Positions 10,081 through 19,720 of a stretch of 64,000 nt of DNA are shown one piece after another. Each line of letters opens with the position of its first letter. The first letter of the stretch is position 1. The notes under the pieces were generated by a model that saw only the letters and a program-made list of their open reading frames with translations, was not told the DNA's origin and did not search any database. Source of the stretch: a virus (lineage: Duplodnaviria; Caudoviricetes); IMG/VR virus record IMGVR_UViG_3300014205_000183; one strand, given 5' to 3'. Position numbers and translations under genes: made by a program.

Positions 10081-10143
10081 GCCAGATAAACCCTGTATTC
10101 ATCCGACACTATATAATTTAATATATAGCATAATAAAAGTCAA
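10081..10143 (-). promoter_or_regulatory. Sigma70-type promoter plus second copy of the ACAGG-loop leader hairpin
   Basis: -35 TTGACT at 10138-10143, -10 TAAATT at 10115-10120, hairpin at 10081-10107. Confidence 0.6.
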
Positions 10144-10162
10144 CATAAAAATAAAAAAATAA

Positions 10163-11711
10163 TTATAGTTTATTAACCAATTTCTCTAACAAAGATAGCC
10201 TGCGGGCAACCAGCAGATTCTTGCTCTCCAGGAGCTTAAATAGCTTGCGAACAGTAGATAACTTCAATCGAATAAGGTCGCCTGTATCCGGCTTATGCAG
10301 CACAACAGTCAAATAAGGCGATCTGCCGGTCTTTGAATGCGGGTAGTATAATGTCTCGGCTGTGGCCAGATCCTGCCCCAGATACGCTGTTACCTTGTCT
10401 GACAGCTGCCTCGTAGCCATTACATTAAAATTCTTTAACCGTACAGGTTTAGGCATTTTAATACCCTTTCTAAAATTTTACATTAAAGTTATACCATGAG
10501 GGCTATTTGTATCATGACATCGATTAGGACAGGTTAAATCTCGTCCGCATGCAGTACATTGTGCGCCGTCTTCCTTATTCACCTGTCGTACCTCCCATAC
10601 TCGGTTAGAGAGGTCATGCATAGTTAGTAGGTCAACTATCCTGCCTAGCACATATTTGTCTGTATACTCGTTAGTAGACTCAATCACCGCCATTTTTATC
10701 TGGGGGTGCTCTCTCGGACTGTCCTTATTAGAACAAAATAATTCGTAGTTCATTTAATAGTATCTCCGGGATTATAGGTATCTAACATAGCGGAGCCAAA
10801 TAAATTAGCATACACATTATTTGCATCTCGCACATAAAGATGCTCTACGTGATTCTCAGAAGTTGCATGCTTTGCGATAACAATAATTGGGCGAGTTAAA
10901 GAATTTAATTTGACTATGTCCTGCTCCATATCCGAACAACCCTGGCAGCCACTCAAGCAAAATAACATACCTCCGTAAATAACTAACTTTTTCATTCAGT
11001 ACCCCCAAGAATAATATCTATACAACTATGGTTTGCGTGCTATTCTAAGCCGCCACCAACCTAAACGCACCTGGACACCTAAGAACTTAGTAACCTGCCC
11101 CTTTACAACTGCGCGGTAAAAGTATCCCTCACCCTTAGAGACATCCCACCATATAGTTTCAAATCCAAACCCGCAGTAGTTCATATATTATGATTCTTTC
11201 TTTTCATCTTGCATTTGTGGGTGTACCTTATCAGGTGTCGCTGTAAAATTTACGGTAACAGAGTATTTTTCTGGAGTATGGGACTCCATTATCATATGAG
11301 GTTGCAGGTTGTGCGTCACCCCTCTCCTTAAATCCGGCGCCAGACTGCGAGTATCGAGGCAAAGCCGCTCAATACGAACATCCACAAGGTCAGCCCCTCT
11401 GTTCTTTAACAACAAGGCTAGGTCATCTACTCGCATAAGCATTATTTTACTCTCCGCTTCTCACTATTGACTTTATTAGACTTGGTATCCTTGCGTTTCT
11501 TAACTATCTCACATGAATATTCATGCGGAGGTTTAGGCAGTTGAGTAGTCATTATAAAACCATTGGATTCCTTGCCTTTTTCTATTATCTCAAACATACC
11601 ATACCAAGCATCCAACCATCTGCACAACAGCGTACCGCTAATCGTCACCAGCCTAAATTCAAATTTATCATCTCCCTCTTTTGCTTTTTTCTGACATTCA
11701 ACTAGTGTCAT
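10163..11711 (-). CDS. Run of small hypothetical genes (10163-10456, 10478-10753, 10750-10995 lipoprotein-like, 11188-11442, 11442-11711)
   Basis: Co-oriented, coupled ORFs. 10750-10995 has a lipobox-like LSGC after MKK plus a hydrophobic stretch. Confidence 0.5.
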
Positions 11712-12124
11712 AACTCCTCCCGCAGCTCATAAAAAGTTGGTGGTGCATCTAAATTAAAAATTGAAGGTTCAGGCTCTGTACGGCCCAACATACGAACAAA
11801 CACTGTTTTGTTAAGTTTACTTGCGCGGTCAATCATATCCTTGGTACCTTTACTACGCCCATCCCACACCGCGATAAGAGCGTCGGCGTAATCAGCCATC
11901 TGCTGATTGCGCACCGGTCCGGCAAGTTTTCCATGCTTGTTCCACTCAGCAGGAAATCTTTTAACGGGTATCCCAGAGGCAGCTGCCCACTGTTCACCCA
12001 GCGTATCAACACCTCTAGCGCAACCACTGACTACTTCTGTAATATTGAAGTTAGCCGCCTTAATGACAGCACATACTTTTTCATATTCAATAACTGTTCG
12101 ACTACCTGCAATAATAGTTCTCAT
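11708..12124 (-). CDS. SLOG-family (DUF2493/YspA-like) protein
   Basis: IIAGSR, VVSGCARGVDTLGE, AGPVRNQQM, WDGRSKGTKDMI. Confidence 0.85.
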   Translation of the reverse strand: MRTIIAGSRTVIEYEKVCAVIKAANFNITEVVSGCARGVDTLGEQWAAASGIPVKRFPAEWNKHGKLAGPVRNQQMADYADALIAVWDGRSKGTKDMIDRASKLNKTVFVRMLGRTEPEPSIFNLDAPPTFYELREEL

Positions 12125-13349
12125 TTAGCTAACTCTCCTGCCTTCCATGAATCTATAAGCCGGATTGTTAAAGACATAAGTGCTGCATGTCGCTCTAGCT
12201 GGGCATCCTGTTCTTCTTTAATTCTACTCAATATCCACTGCGATACCTCTTGAAGGTCAGATGGGGTTATATGTGGATTGGGATTTTTTATCAACCCAAT
12301 GATAGGGTTAACCACCCCATGGACTGGCGTTAGCTTCAACGCTTCCAGACGGTCCCACAGCTGCATCCTAGTAAGTATATAGGTTTCAATGTGCGGTGCC
12401 GGGGTCTCGGCTTGCTCAGGTAGTATAGCCGGATAACCTGGCTCTTCCGGTTTATTAGCACAATTACACTCCTCAAGCGGCTCATGCCAATTACCATAAG
12501 CACAAAGACGTGAATCATTGTACTGCGAATATTGCCTATATTGCCTGGCCGTATCTAATATATCCTGCAACTCTTTTTGAGTCTTCTTACGCATCTGTGC
12601 TCCTTATAAATTACATCAGTCCGCCAGGCTTATCAGGTTTCCCCGGATGTCGTTCTTCCCTAATAGTATGTTTAGCTATTGAACTTAATGTTCCACCAAA
12701 TACGTTGGCCAACACCCGTAATTCCTCACCATATGTCAACTCTTTACAAGCCTCTATTAATACCCCTTTGATTTTAAACTCTGCTTCCTGTACCAAAGAT
12801 TCTCGATCGTGAATTCGAGGTAGATCACCAAACGCCATTGTCCCCTCCTCTTTCCTATCAGGTATGTATCTTTGTTTTGCAAGCTAAAACATTCTCCAAT
12901 TCGGAGATGATTGTTTCCGCTCTACGCAGCCTCTTTAGTAACAGCATAAATGAGGCAGAATGTTTAATTTTGTGAAAATTAACCTGATGAAAATGCTCAA
13001 TTTCTTTTAATGTACCCTGCTGTATTATTTTTTCATACTCTCGCTGGTCAACTAAGTATCTTTCGGCAGATGTGGGATTAGGAATAACACCCAGACCTTC
13101 ACAACGTTCACAAGGCATGCCGTGAGATACATGCGGTTGATCCCCTGTTCCTCTGCACGATGGACATGTTTTTAGTTGTGTTTCAGAATCTGTGTCTTTT
13201 ACTTCCATAGAGACTGCACCCAGAAAACCAAAACCCTTTACCGCAGCATCAAACTGTGCTTCTGTTATTTGAACCAAATCAGGTGATGTGTCAGATAATT
13301 GTGCAGTCATAGTTCTTCCCGAGGGGGTTATCAAATTTACTTGCTTCAT
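12121..13349 (-). CDS. Three hypothetical genes (12121-12594, 12611-12838, 12858-13349); the last has a DnaJ-type CxxCxGxG Zn finger
   Basis: CPSCRGTG...CERCEGLG in 12858-13349; GGAG/GAGG RBSs. Confidence 0.55.
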
Positions 13350-14324
13350 TTATGCCTCCACAACAATAGTTAAAAATCTGCGGGGTTTTAAGTGGACCCC
13401 GCAAGAAACCACCAACAACTTGTACGCTCTTACGAGGCGTGTGCCAGCGAGGCAGTGATAAAATCCACCTTGCATACCCGTGTTGCACCTGGAGCACGGT
13501 ACAGGTCGGGGGAGGGTTATAAGCTCCTCCGAAGAAATGCCTTTATTATGAGGCATACGCTGGATATCAATCAGCATTTTATTTTTAAAACCCCAGCCGG
13601 GCTGCCTATTTCCCGTGAAGCCAGTTATAGACGTCCGCCTTTCAGCGTCGGCCACTGGGGAGTATTTAAAGCAGCCGCCCCCTTGGGTATGAGCCATTAC
13701 CCTCAGTACCAAAAACCTTTACAAGAGACTCACTAGTTTTAGCGGCTGCTAATTTTCTCATTTTAGTCTATCCGTGTGAATGCGTCAACAATATGTGCAT
13801 CCCTCTCATCGTCATAAGATATCGTGTCATGTAAAGAGGCACGTTCATTTCTCCCACCTGCATCATACCCTGCACTAAACGCAGCCTCCAGCATAGCTTT
13901 TAATTTACTCTCTTCTATTGTGTGTAATTTGGTGGCCGACATAATAACCTCCCGTTAAACAGTTATTAAAATAAATACTGTAATAATGAAAGTCAACAAA
14001 AAAATAAAATATTATTGTAATAGCCCTTTAGCTACTGCATTGTGCACTTCATATGTCCAAGCAATGGCTGCATCCTCAAACTTATTAAAGGCAGCCTTTC
14101 TAACTTCTATAGCTCTGTGAACTGCTGCGTAACATTGTTGCAATTCAGCATCTGTAACAGTGTGTATATTTTGAACAATGCCTTGAGGACTGCCGCCTAT
14201 ATCACCAAATATAGCACGCCCTTTATTAAATAACTCCTCGAATATCTTATCATTCATCGCGTGTATCCTTTGATTAGATTCAATAAAAAACCCCAACCAA
14301 GTATGGCTGGGGTTGTGTTACTTC

Positions 14325-15788
14325 TTATCTGAGATTTTCAACCTCTCTAATATAAGACAAGATACCCTCGCTGAAGCCGCTGATATGGTTCCAAGTTCCC
14401 CTAGGACCTACACCGTGCTCTGCTGAAGCCACGTTAACCATGTAAGCCAGCGGCGTTCTGGCGTTTGGAACTGATGTCCTGGACTGCTCATCGGTGAACA
14501 CTATAAGCCGGTCATAATCCTTCTTCTCTGCTGCGGATACTGCATAGGCGATGTCAGTGCCACCACCGAATACAGCGCCTGCCAAGGCATCCCGCAAAGC
14601 GAATCCTTTGCGTGGTGGCAACAGCAGTAACTCACCCCTATTGCCAAAGCTGTAAATATCTACATCATCACAAACCCATCGCAACACCATGGCCAACCCG
14701 AAGGCAGCCTCGTATCGCATAAGTTCTGACTTATCAGATAGAGGGTCTTTCATCGAACCACTAGTATCTACCAGCAACGCTGTACGACCAGCCAATTTAA
14801 CCTGGCTTAATATAGACTTCTCCATAACGGCCTCTAACTCTGGCTCAAAAGCCGGCGCATGCTTGGCTGCGGCGATGAATCTGAATGGCAATATCTTGCT
14901 AGTCTTCATAGCAAGCAACGCCTCCTTTATTAACGCCCGGTCAACACCTGCCTGCTCCATGTTACGCAAGTTGCGTAACAAGGCCATCCCACCAAGCAGC
15001 TCCTCCTTTATCAGGCGAGTGAAGGTCTTCTTCTTATCTGCACCTGCACTTAAAGCGGTCTCCCAGGTATCTGGGATAGGTAATACAGCCTCCTCATAGT
15101 TGGTGCATGGCTCACCTGGCTTACGCCGCTTTACTGGCTTCTTAGCCTTCTTGCGAGCCTGTTCAGCCTTCTTTATAGCTGCTGGAGAGGCATGGTCGTC
15201 ACACTTACACCAACAATGCTTACAGAAGTTACCACTAAGGGTCTTGAACAGTCTGTCCTGCTCCTTATCAACTGCCTTTGGTCTAGCCAAAAACAACACG
15301 TCACGCAACTTCACAGCTGCATTGTTGAAGTCCCACTTAGACAGACGCTCAAGATCAAACTTACCGAGACCGGCAGCCAATCCTCGCTTAAGCTGCTTGG
15401 ATAGCATCTTGCGGTCACCGTTTACTGACCAGTAAAGGCTTACCAACTCGCCCAGCTCATCTGGGCGCTGAATCACAGCCTCTGCGGTCTTGGCCACAAA
15501 CTCAGGATGAAACTTGCACATAGCAACGACAATCATGAGTGGGGCATGCCGCATATGCCACTTTGACCGAACCTCTATAGCCCAATCACTGGCAAACTGA
15601 CCAGACACCTTGGCCACTGCATCATATATAGCAGTCTTTATGGTCTTACCATCTACATAGAACTGATCCTCTCCCAGGAAGCAACAGGCAGTTAGCCGTT
15701 GTAGTAGCTGCTCTGGAGTATTTCTGATAGCTACCGCACCCTCGTGGGTGTGTGGAGCTGGGGTTACGATTTTACGATTTGACTTCAT
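14325..15788 (-). CDS. rsr: Ro60/Rsr TROVE-domain RNA-binding protein with C-terminal vWA
   Basis: THEGA, VIQRPDEL, KQLKRGLA, KLRDVLFL.RPK, TWETALS, MALLRNLRN, LPFRFIAA; vWA DTSGSM, GGTD, VFTDEQ. Confidence 0.93.
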   Translation of the reverse strand: MKSNRKIVTPAPHTHEGAVAIRNTPEQLLQRLTACCFLGEDQFYVDGKTIKTAIYDAVAKVSGQFASDWAIEVRSKWHMRHAPLMIVVAMCKFHPEFVAKTAEAVIQRPDELGELVSLYWSVNGDRKMLSKQLKRGLAAGLGKFDLERLSKWDFNNAAVKLRDVLFLARPKAVDKEQDRLFKTLSGNFCKHCWCKCDDHASPAAIKKAEQARKKAKKPVKRRKPGEPCTNYEEAVLPIPDTWETALSAGADKKKTFTRLIKEELLGGMALLRNLRNMEQAGVDRALIKEALLAMKTSKILPFRFIAAAKHAPAFEPELEAVMEKSILSQVKLAGRTALLVDTSGSMKDPLSDKSELMRYEAAFGLAMVLRWVCDDVDIYSFGNRGELLLLPPRKGFALRDALAGAVFGGGTDIAYAVSAAEKKDYDRLIVFTDEQSRTSVPNARTPLAYMVNVASAEHGVGPRGTWNHISGFSEGILSYIREVENLR

Positions 15789-16036
15789 TGGATATCCTTT
15801 CTTTTATATGAAACAATTCTTTCAAGAGGTTTCTCATCCTCATTAGCGGCTCTAATCGCAGCTGTACACACATATTGACAATGATACATATGTACAGAAG
15901 CAGTGTCATACAACTCAGCAAATCCGTCTACTGTGCTAGCTAGGGCGTGTTCTGTTATATCTTTGGGTATATGTACTAATCTACGTTCTAACTCGTTGTC
16001 TGCATTCACTAATAGAATTGTACCTTCGATAGCCAT
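15785..16036 (-). CDS. Hypothetical protein coupled to Ro60
   Basis: AGGAGG RBS before MAIEG at 16036. The longer ORF-track version runs into a Y RNA. Confidence 0.6.
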   Translation of the reverse strand: MAIEGTILLVNADNELERRLVHIPKDITEHALASTVDGFAELYDTASVHMYHCQYVCTAAIRAANEDEKPLERIVSYKRKDIQ

Positions 16037-16105
16037 TACATACCTCCTGTTAAGTACAAATAAAAAAGCCACGGACAATATGTTCGTGGCTAGATTTATA
16101 AAGTA

Positions 16106-16239
16106 TTGCGGGTAACGCATGAAACGAGCTTTTTTTGACGGTTGCTCTGCCAACTGAGCTACAGCAGCCTAAGCCGCTGATGGGACTCGAACCCATGACC
16201 TACTGTGTGGTTGAAGTATTCGTCTCTCCAACACCGCAA
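16106..16239 (-). ncRNA. yrlA: Y RNA (YrlA-type) #1
   Basis: Terminal stem GCGGTGTTG...TACTTC / CGTTACCCGC enclosing a permuted tRNA module: T arm GGTTCGAGTCC, capped acceptor CAGCGGC-TTAG-GCTGCTG, D arm TAGCTCAGTTGGCAGAGC. Lies upstream of Ro60. Confidence 0.88.
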
Positions 16240-16246
16240 ATTATAA

Positions 16247-16332
16247 ATCCGGGAACGTTCGACTGCCGTTAGTGGGTTACCCCACGGTCATACCAAAAAA
16301 GAATGAAGTAACGGATGTCTATCACCACGGAT
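16247..16332 (-). ncRNA. Short Y RNA #2 lacking the tRNA module
   Basis: Same Ro-binding stem motif ATCCGTGGTGATAG...TACTTC...CGTTCCCGGAT. Confidence 0.7.
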
Positions 16333-16348
16333 CATTTTTCTTATTAAT

Positions 16349-16462
16349 AAGTCGGGAACGGGCACTGCACGTTAGCCCTTACCAAATAGGGCGAGGCATC
16401 TGGCGTTAACCAGGTGCACTGGGATTTGAACCTAGAAGTAGGTGCAATAATCACCACGACTT
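16349..16462 (-). ncRNA. yrlA: Y RNA (YrlA-type) #3
   Basis: GTCGTGGTGAT...TACTTC, T arm GGTTCAAATCC, D arm GCCCTATTTGGTAAGGGC, CGTTCCCGAC. Confidence 0.8.
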
Positions 16463-17235
16463 GAATATGTGAAAGAACAAATAGACCAATTTATAAACCC
16501 AGTTAGAGGAAAAATAGAGGTAAAAAATAACCCCTACCGTGGCTGTTGCCAGTACCGCCCTCCAACCAAGCAATTTTTAAGAGTAGCTTGAGTGTCGGTA
16601 CCGGTACTAATGATCTGTCCATATGAACAAACCCGTTCTCAGCCCTTGTTCTCTCACTACTCAACGTTTAAGGTTACCTTGATAATATTAGCTAACATTA
16701 ATGTGGCCACAAAGAACGTCGAATACCAGGTACTGGTTATGAGCCAGCAGTCCAATATCACCTTTAAGACCTTCTTGCTACCAAAATATTATCAAAGAAC
16801 CAGTTTCTGTGTTCACGGGAGTGTCAGGCATCATCAGTGCAGGATTGAGAGCTACCCGGGCAGAATCGATTCTACTTGACCGGACAATCCTAACTGCACC
16901 CAACACAAGAAACTCCCGAGAACACACAATCAATTTGGAGCCAGACGCCCCCGGTTGATTAGACCGAAGGTTTGCTACGGAATCACCCGTATGCTGGCAA
17001 GTTTTTACCTCTCTTCGTATCTCTACAGGCAGGAGGAGATCCCGGGAGCTGTTTTACCAGCCGCCACCCACCACCGTATTTTGTTAAATACGGAAAATAT
17101 TTCTCGTCGTAAGAATAAAGAGGCTTGTGGCCCCGCCTGGTCCCCGGCCTTACAACGAAATTTTAAAGGGGGTATATCCTTATCTTTTAGGGATAAGTGC
17201 CCTCGGGTGGAGTCTATATACCCTTTAATTTATAA

Positions 17236-17370
17236 TGCCGGTAACGTGCGAAACACTGACGTGTGCGCTCTACCACTGAGCTACGTTCGGCATGAATGGG
17301 CCAAACGACAGGATTCGAACCTGTGACCTCACCCTCCAAAAGGGAAGTAAGTGTATCTATCAACACGGCA
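17236..17370 (-). ncRNA. yrlA: Y RNA (YrlA-type) #4
   Basis: GCCGTGTTGATAG...TACTTC, GGTTCGAATCC, TAGCTCAGTGGTAGAGC, CGTTACCGGC. Confidence 0.88.
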
Positions 17371-17402
17371 AATTTTATATCAAAGAACAAGCTAATCTAC
17401 AA

Positions 17403-17531
17403 ACCTCAGCAGAAGTGGGAGTCGAACCCACAGAACCCAGAGAGATAACAGACTCTCTAAGTAACCTCTTTTCGCTTGCCGTTATCGCAGCTACTCGAAA
17501 GCGCGGCTGCCAATTTTCGCCATTCTGCTGA
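17403..17531 (-). ncRNA. tRNA-like RNA with enlarged anticodon and variable regions
   Basis: TCAGCAGAA/TTCTGCTGA acceptor, GGCG..TGGCAG.CGC D arm, GTGGGTTCGACTCCCAC T arm, no 7-nt anticodon loop. Confidence 0.6.
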
Positions 17532-18430
17532 TTTCTTTTTAACGATCATAGAGGGGCATGGTCAGCACGGAGGTTTATAAGCCCCTCACCGCTGAGTATT
17601 TAATTCAGCTTCAACCAACTATGCTTGTCCTCTACAATCTACATGTCAAAGTCATGGGTCAGAATTTAGTCAAAAACTTAACCTAAACCCTAAGTCTCTG
17701 CTTCTGTTTGGACTGGCTACCGTCCATGCAAATATGGCGCCCCTACAATAGAGTGACTATTCACAACACTTGCCCTAATGCCTTGCAGTTACCCCGGGTG
17801 CGGCACCTACTCTAGTGTCATTGCAGCATCTCTTCGCTGCGTAGAGGACTTTTAATAAGTGCTACTAGATCCGGTTGTTGGAGCTGCATTAGCGCCTAGA
17901 GAGGATGTGTTCGCACGGTTTAAAGATTCTCACAAGGTTGGGCAGGTAGTGTCTCCTGCTCTGACTGGTCAAGCCTCTTTATTCTCGGCCCTTCCCACGT
18001 AACCAACGGGTGAGCTTCCGAGTTCATCAACGTGTTTCAACGCTGCACCAACCCTGTCAGAATCCTTAACTCTTTTACAAGTGAGGTTGGCTAACACGCA
18101 CTTGTGTCCGAGTTGTTTACCGAGTTCGCTCGGTGGTCCACGGGCAACCCTGCGTTGCTCCTCACTTATTTTTTAAGGGTGTCCTGAACTTTAGACGAAC
18201 TGCGTCAAGCAAGCCGGATCGTGACCCCGGATTTCCCTAAGTTTGAAGACACAGCCAAGGGTCGCGCCCTTCTCGACGGTCTCTCACCGCAAGCCATGCC
18301 AAATTTATAAACCAACAGGAGATATATCCATAAGGATATAACAAAGTTACTGGAGCAATTACGCTTCATCACAACGGTAGCGACCTTACGGTGCGCCCAT
18401 CCTGTTGATAATTTATTTCAAAGAACAAAA

Positions 18431-18629
18431 ATCATATATCGATGGAGTCGAACCACCTAGTCTGCCTACTTACATTTACCTACCGGATTTTCATGTCCGT
18501 TCCAGTGTAGGCCGTGCACCAGTTGTTTAGACCGCACACGTACAGGATTTGAACCCGCAATAAATGTGTGCTTCAACAGCATTTGCAGCTTACGAGGCTA
18601 CTGCGTTCACCATGACGCCCCACATATGA
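18431..18629 (-). ncRNA. Giant tRNA-Thr(CGT)-like RNA with ~130-nt insert containing a second T arm
   Basis: TCATATGT/ATATATGA acceptor, GTAGC-CTCGTAA-GCTGC anticodon arm, internal GCGGGTTCAAATCCTGT and terminal GGTGGTTCGACTCCATC. Confidence 0.6.
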
Positions 18630-18658
18630 TTTTAAAAGAACATTTTAATTTCCTAAAT

Positions 18659-18687
18659 AACATAAACTATTAAAAATTAAAAGTCAA
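18659..18687 (-). promoter_or_regulatory. Promoter of the ncRNA-Ro60 operon
   Basis: TTGACT(18682-87)-17-TATGTT with upstream T-tract, followed by boxA-like GTTCTTTTAAAA. Confidence 0.65.
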
Positions 18688-18826
18688 CATAAAAATAAAA
18701 AAAAATTATCACACTCGGTACGATTATTCTTTACATCTCATTTTTAACACTATATATTAGCAGCATCATCGACCAACGGAGTTTAACCATTTTGATATCT
18801 ACTCCGTATATCAAGAAAGGACATGT

Positions 18827-19531
18827 ATGATGCATTCAAATTCTTTTGTCTTAGCTGTCAAGTCGGCGGACAACAAAATCCTTCGTGAAATCGGAGGACA
18901 GGTTTTCCTCACATTCAATTCAGAGTATTCTCTCCTGCTGAAGAACCTTAACAATGTAAAAAGCTGTTGCACAGTTAGCATTGACGGAACGGATGTTCTA
19001 GGTGGTCACGAGTTGATCGTCGAAGCACATTCCAGTATTGACCTAGAGAGATTTGTGGTAGATGGCAACTTTGGAAGTGGTCGCCGCTTCAAATTTGTAC
19101 CACTTACGGACTCTAAGGTACAAGACCCCTCTTCTGCTGAAAATGGTATCGTGGAAGTGCGGTTCTGGAAAGAGAAAGTTATTCAACCTATCTTCATAGG
19201 GAGTAACTCTCTTCTTCGATCAAGCGGGGTGATCCATCCTAACTCCAGCAGTTGCTTCTATTCAGCTCCTATAGGTACTGCCTGCTGTGATAGTATGGCT
19301 ACTCCAGCGGCTGCGGGGGCTACTGTAGAAGGTGCATATAGCAATCAGCAGTTTGGCAGCGGATACTTCGGAGAAAAAGACGGGGCACCCACCGTGCTGC
19401 GGCTTAAGTTGGTTGGTCAGGTAGATAAACCACTAACAGTAGAAGCTACTAAAAATAAACACTGCACTAACTGTGGCCGAAAAGCCAAGTTCAATGATTA
19501 TTTCTGTGGTGGCTGCGGTAAAGCTCTATAA
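18827..19531 (+). CDS. Hypothetical protein with C-terminal Zn ribbon, lone antisense gene in the RNA region
   Basis: 234 aa, VSIDGTDVL...NGIVEVRF, CTNC...CGGC; own promoter TTTACA-17-TATATT at 18730-18758. Confidence 0.75.
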   Translation: MMHSNSFVLAVKSADNKILREIGGQVFLTFNSEYSLLLKNLNNVKSCCTVSIDGTDVLGGHELIVEAHSSIDLERFVVDGNFGSGRRFKFVPLTDSKVQDPSSAENGIVEVRFWKEKVIQPIFIGSNSLLRSSGVIHPNSSSCFYSAPIGTACCDSMATPAAAGATVEGAYSNQQFGSGYFGEKDGAPTVLRLKLVGQVDKPLTVEATKNKHCTNCGRKAKFNDYFCGGCGKAL

Positions 19532-19554
19532 GATCCAGTTACTCGGTCGATGAC

Positions 19555-19586
19555 AGCCCGGCTTCCATGGTGGAGGCCGGGTTTTT
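19555..19586 (+). terminator. Intrinsic terminator
   Basis: GCCCGGCTTCCA-TGG-TGGAGGCCGGGT followed by a T tract. Confidence 0.8.
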
Positions 19587-19593
19587 AATTTAA

Positions 19594-19716
19594 TGCCGGT
19601 AACGTGCGTTTTCGGATGTTTTTTGTTTTACCATTAAACTACACCTTACGGCGTCGGGATTCGAACCCGAATCTTTCTTTAGACAGAAGAAGTATCCGAT
19701 AACTATCAACACGGCA
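19594..19716 (-). ncRNA. yrlA: Y RNA (YrlA-type) #5, last unit of the tRNA array
   Basis: Terminal stem nearly identical to #4; GGTTCGAATCCC; minimal acceptor CGCC-GTAA-GGTG; TAGTTTAATGGTAAAC. Confidence 0.85.
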
Positions 19717-19720
19717 ATTT

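Noticed and set aside
16816-16918. Box C/D or K-loop (TGATGA...CTGA) in an orphan RNA
   Set aside because: It is a single short motif with no L7Ae or fibrillarin partner visible, so chance is likely.
16106-17370. CRISPR array suggested by recurring motifs
   Set aside because: The repeats are degenerate paired RNA stems with irregular spacing, and there are no cas genes.
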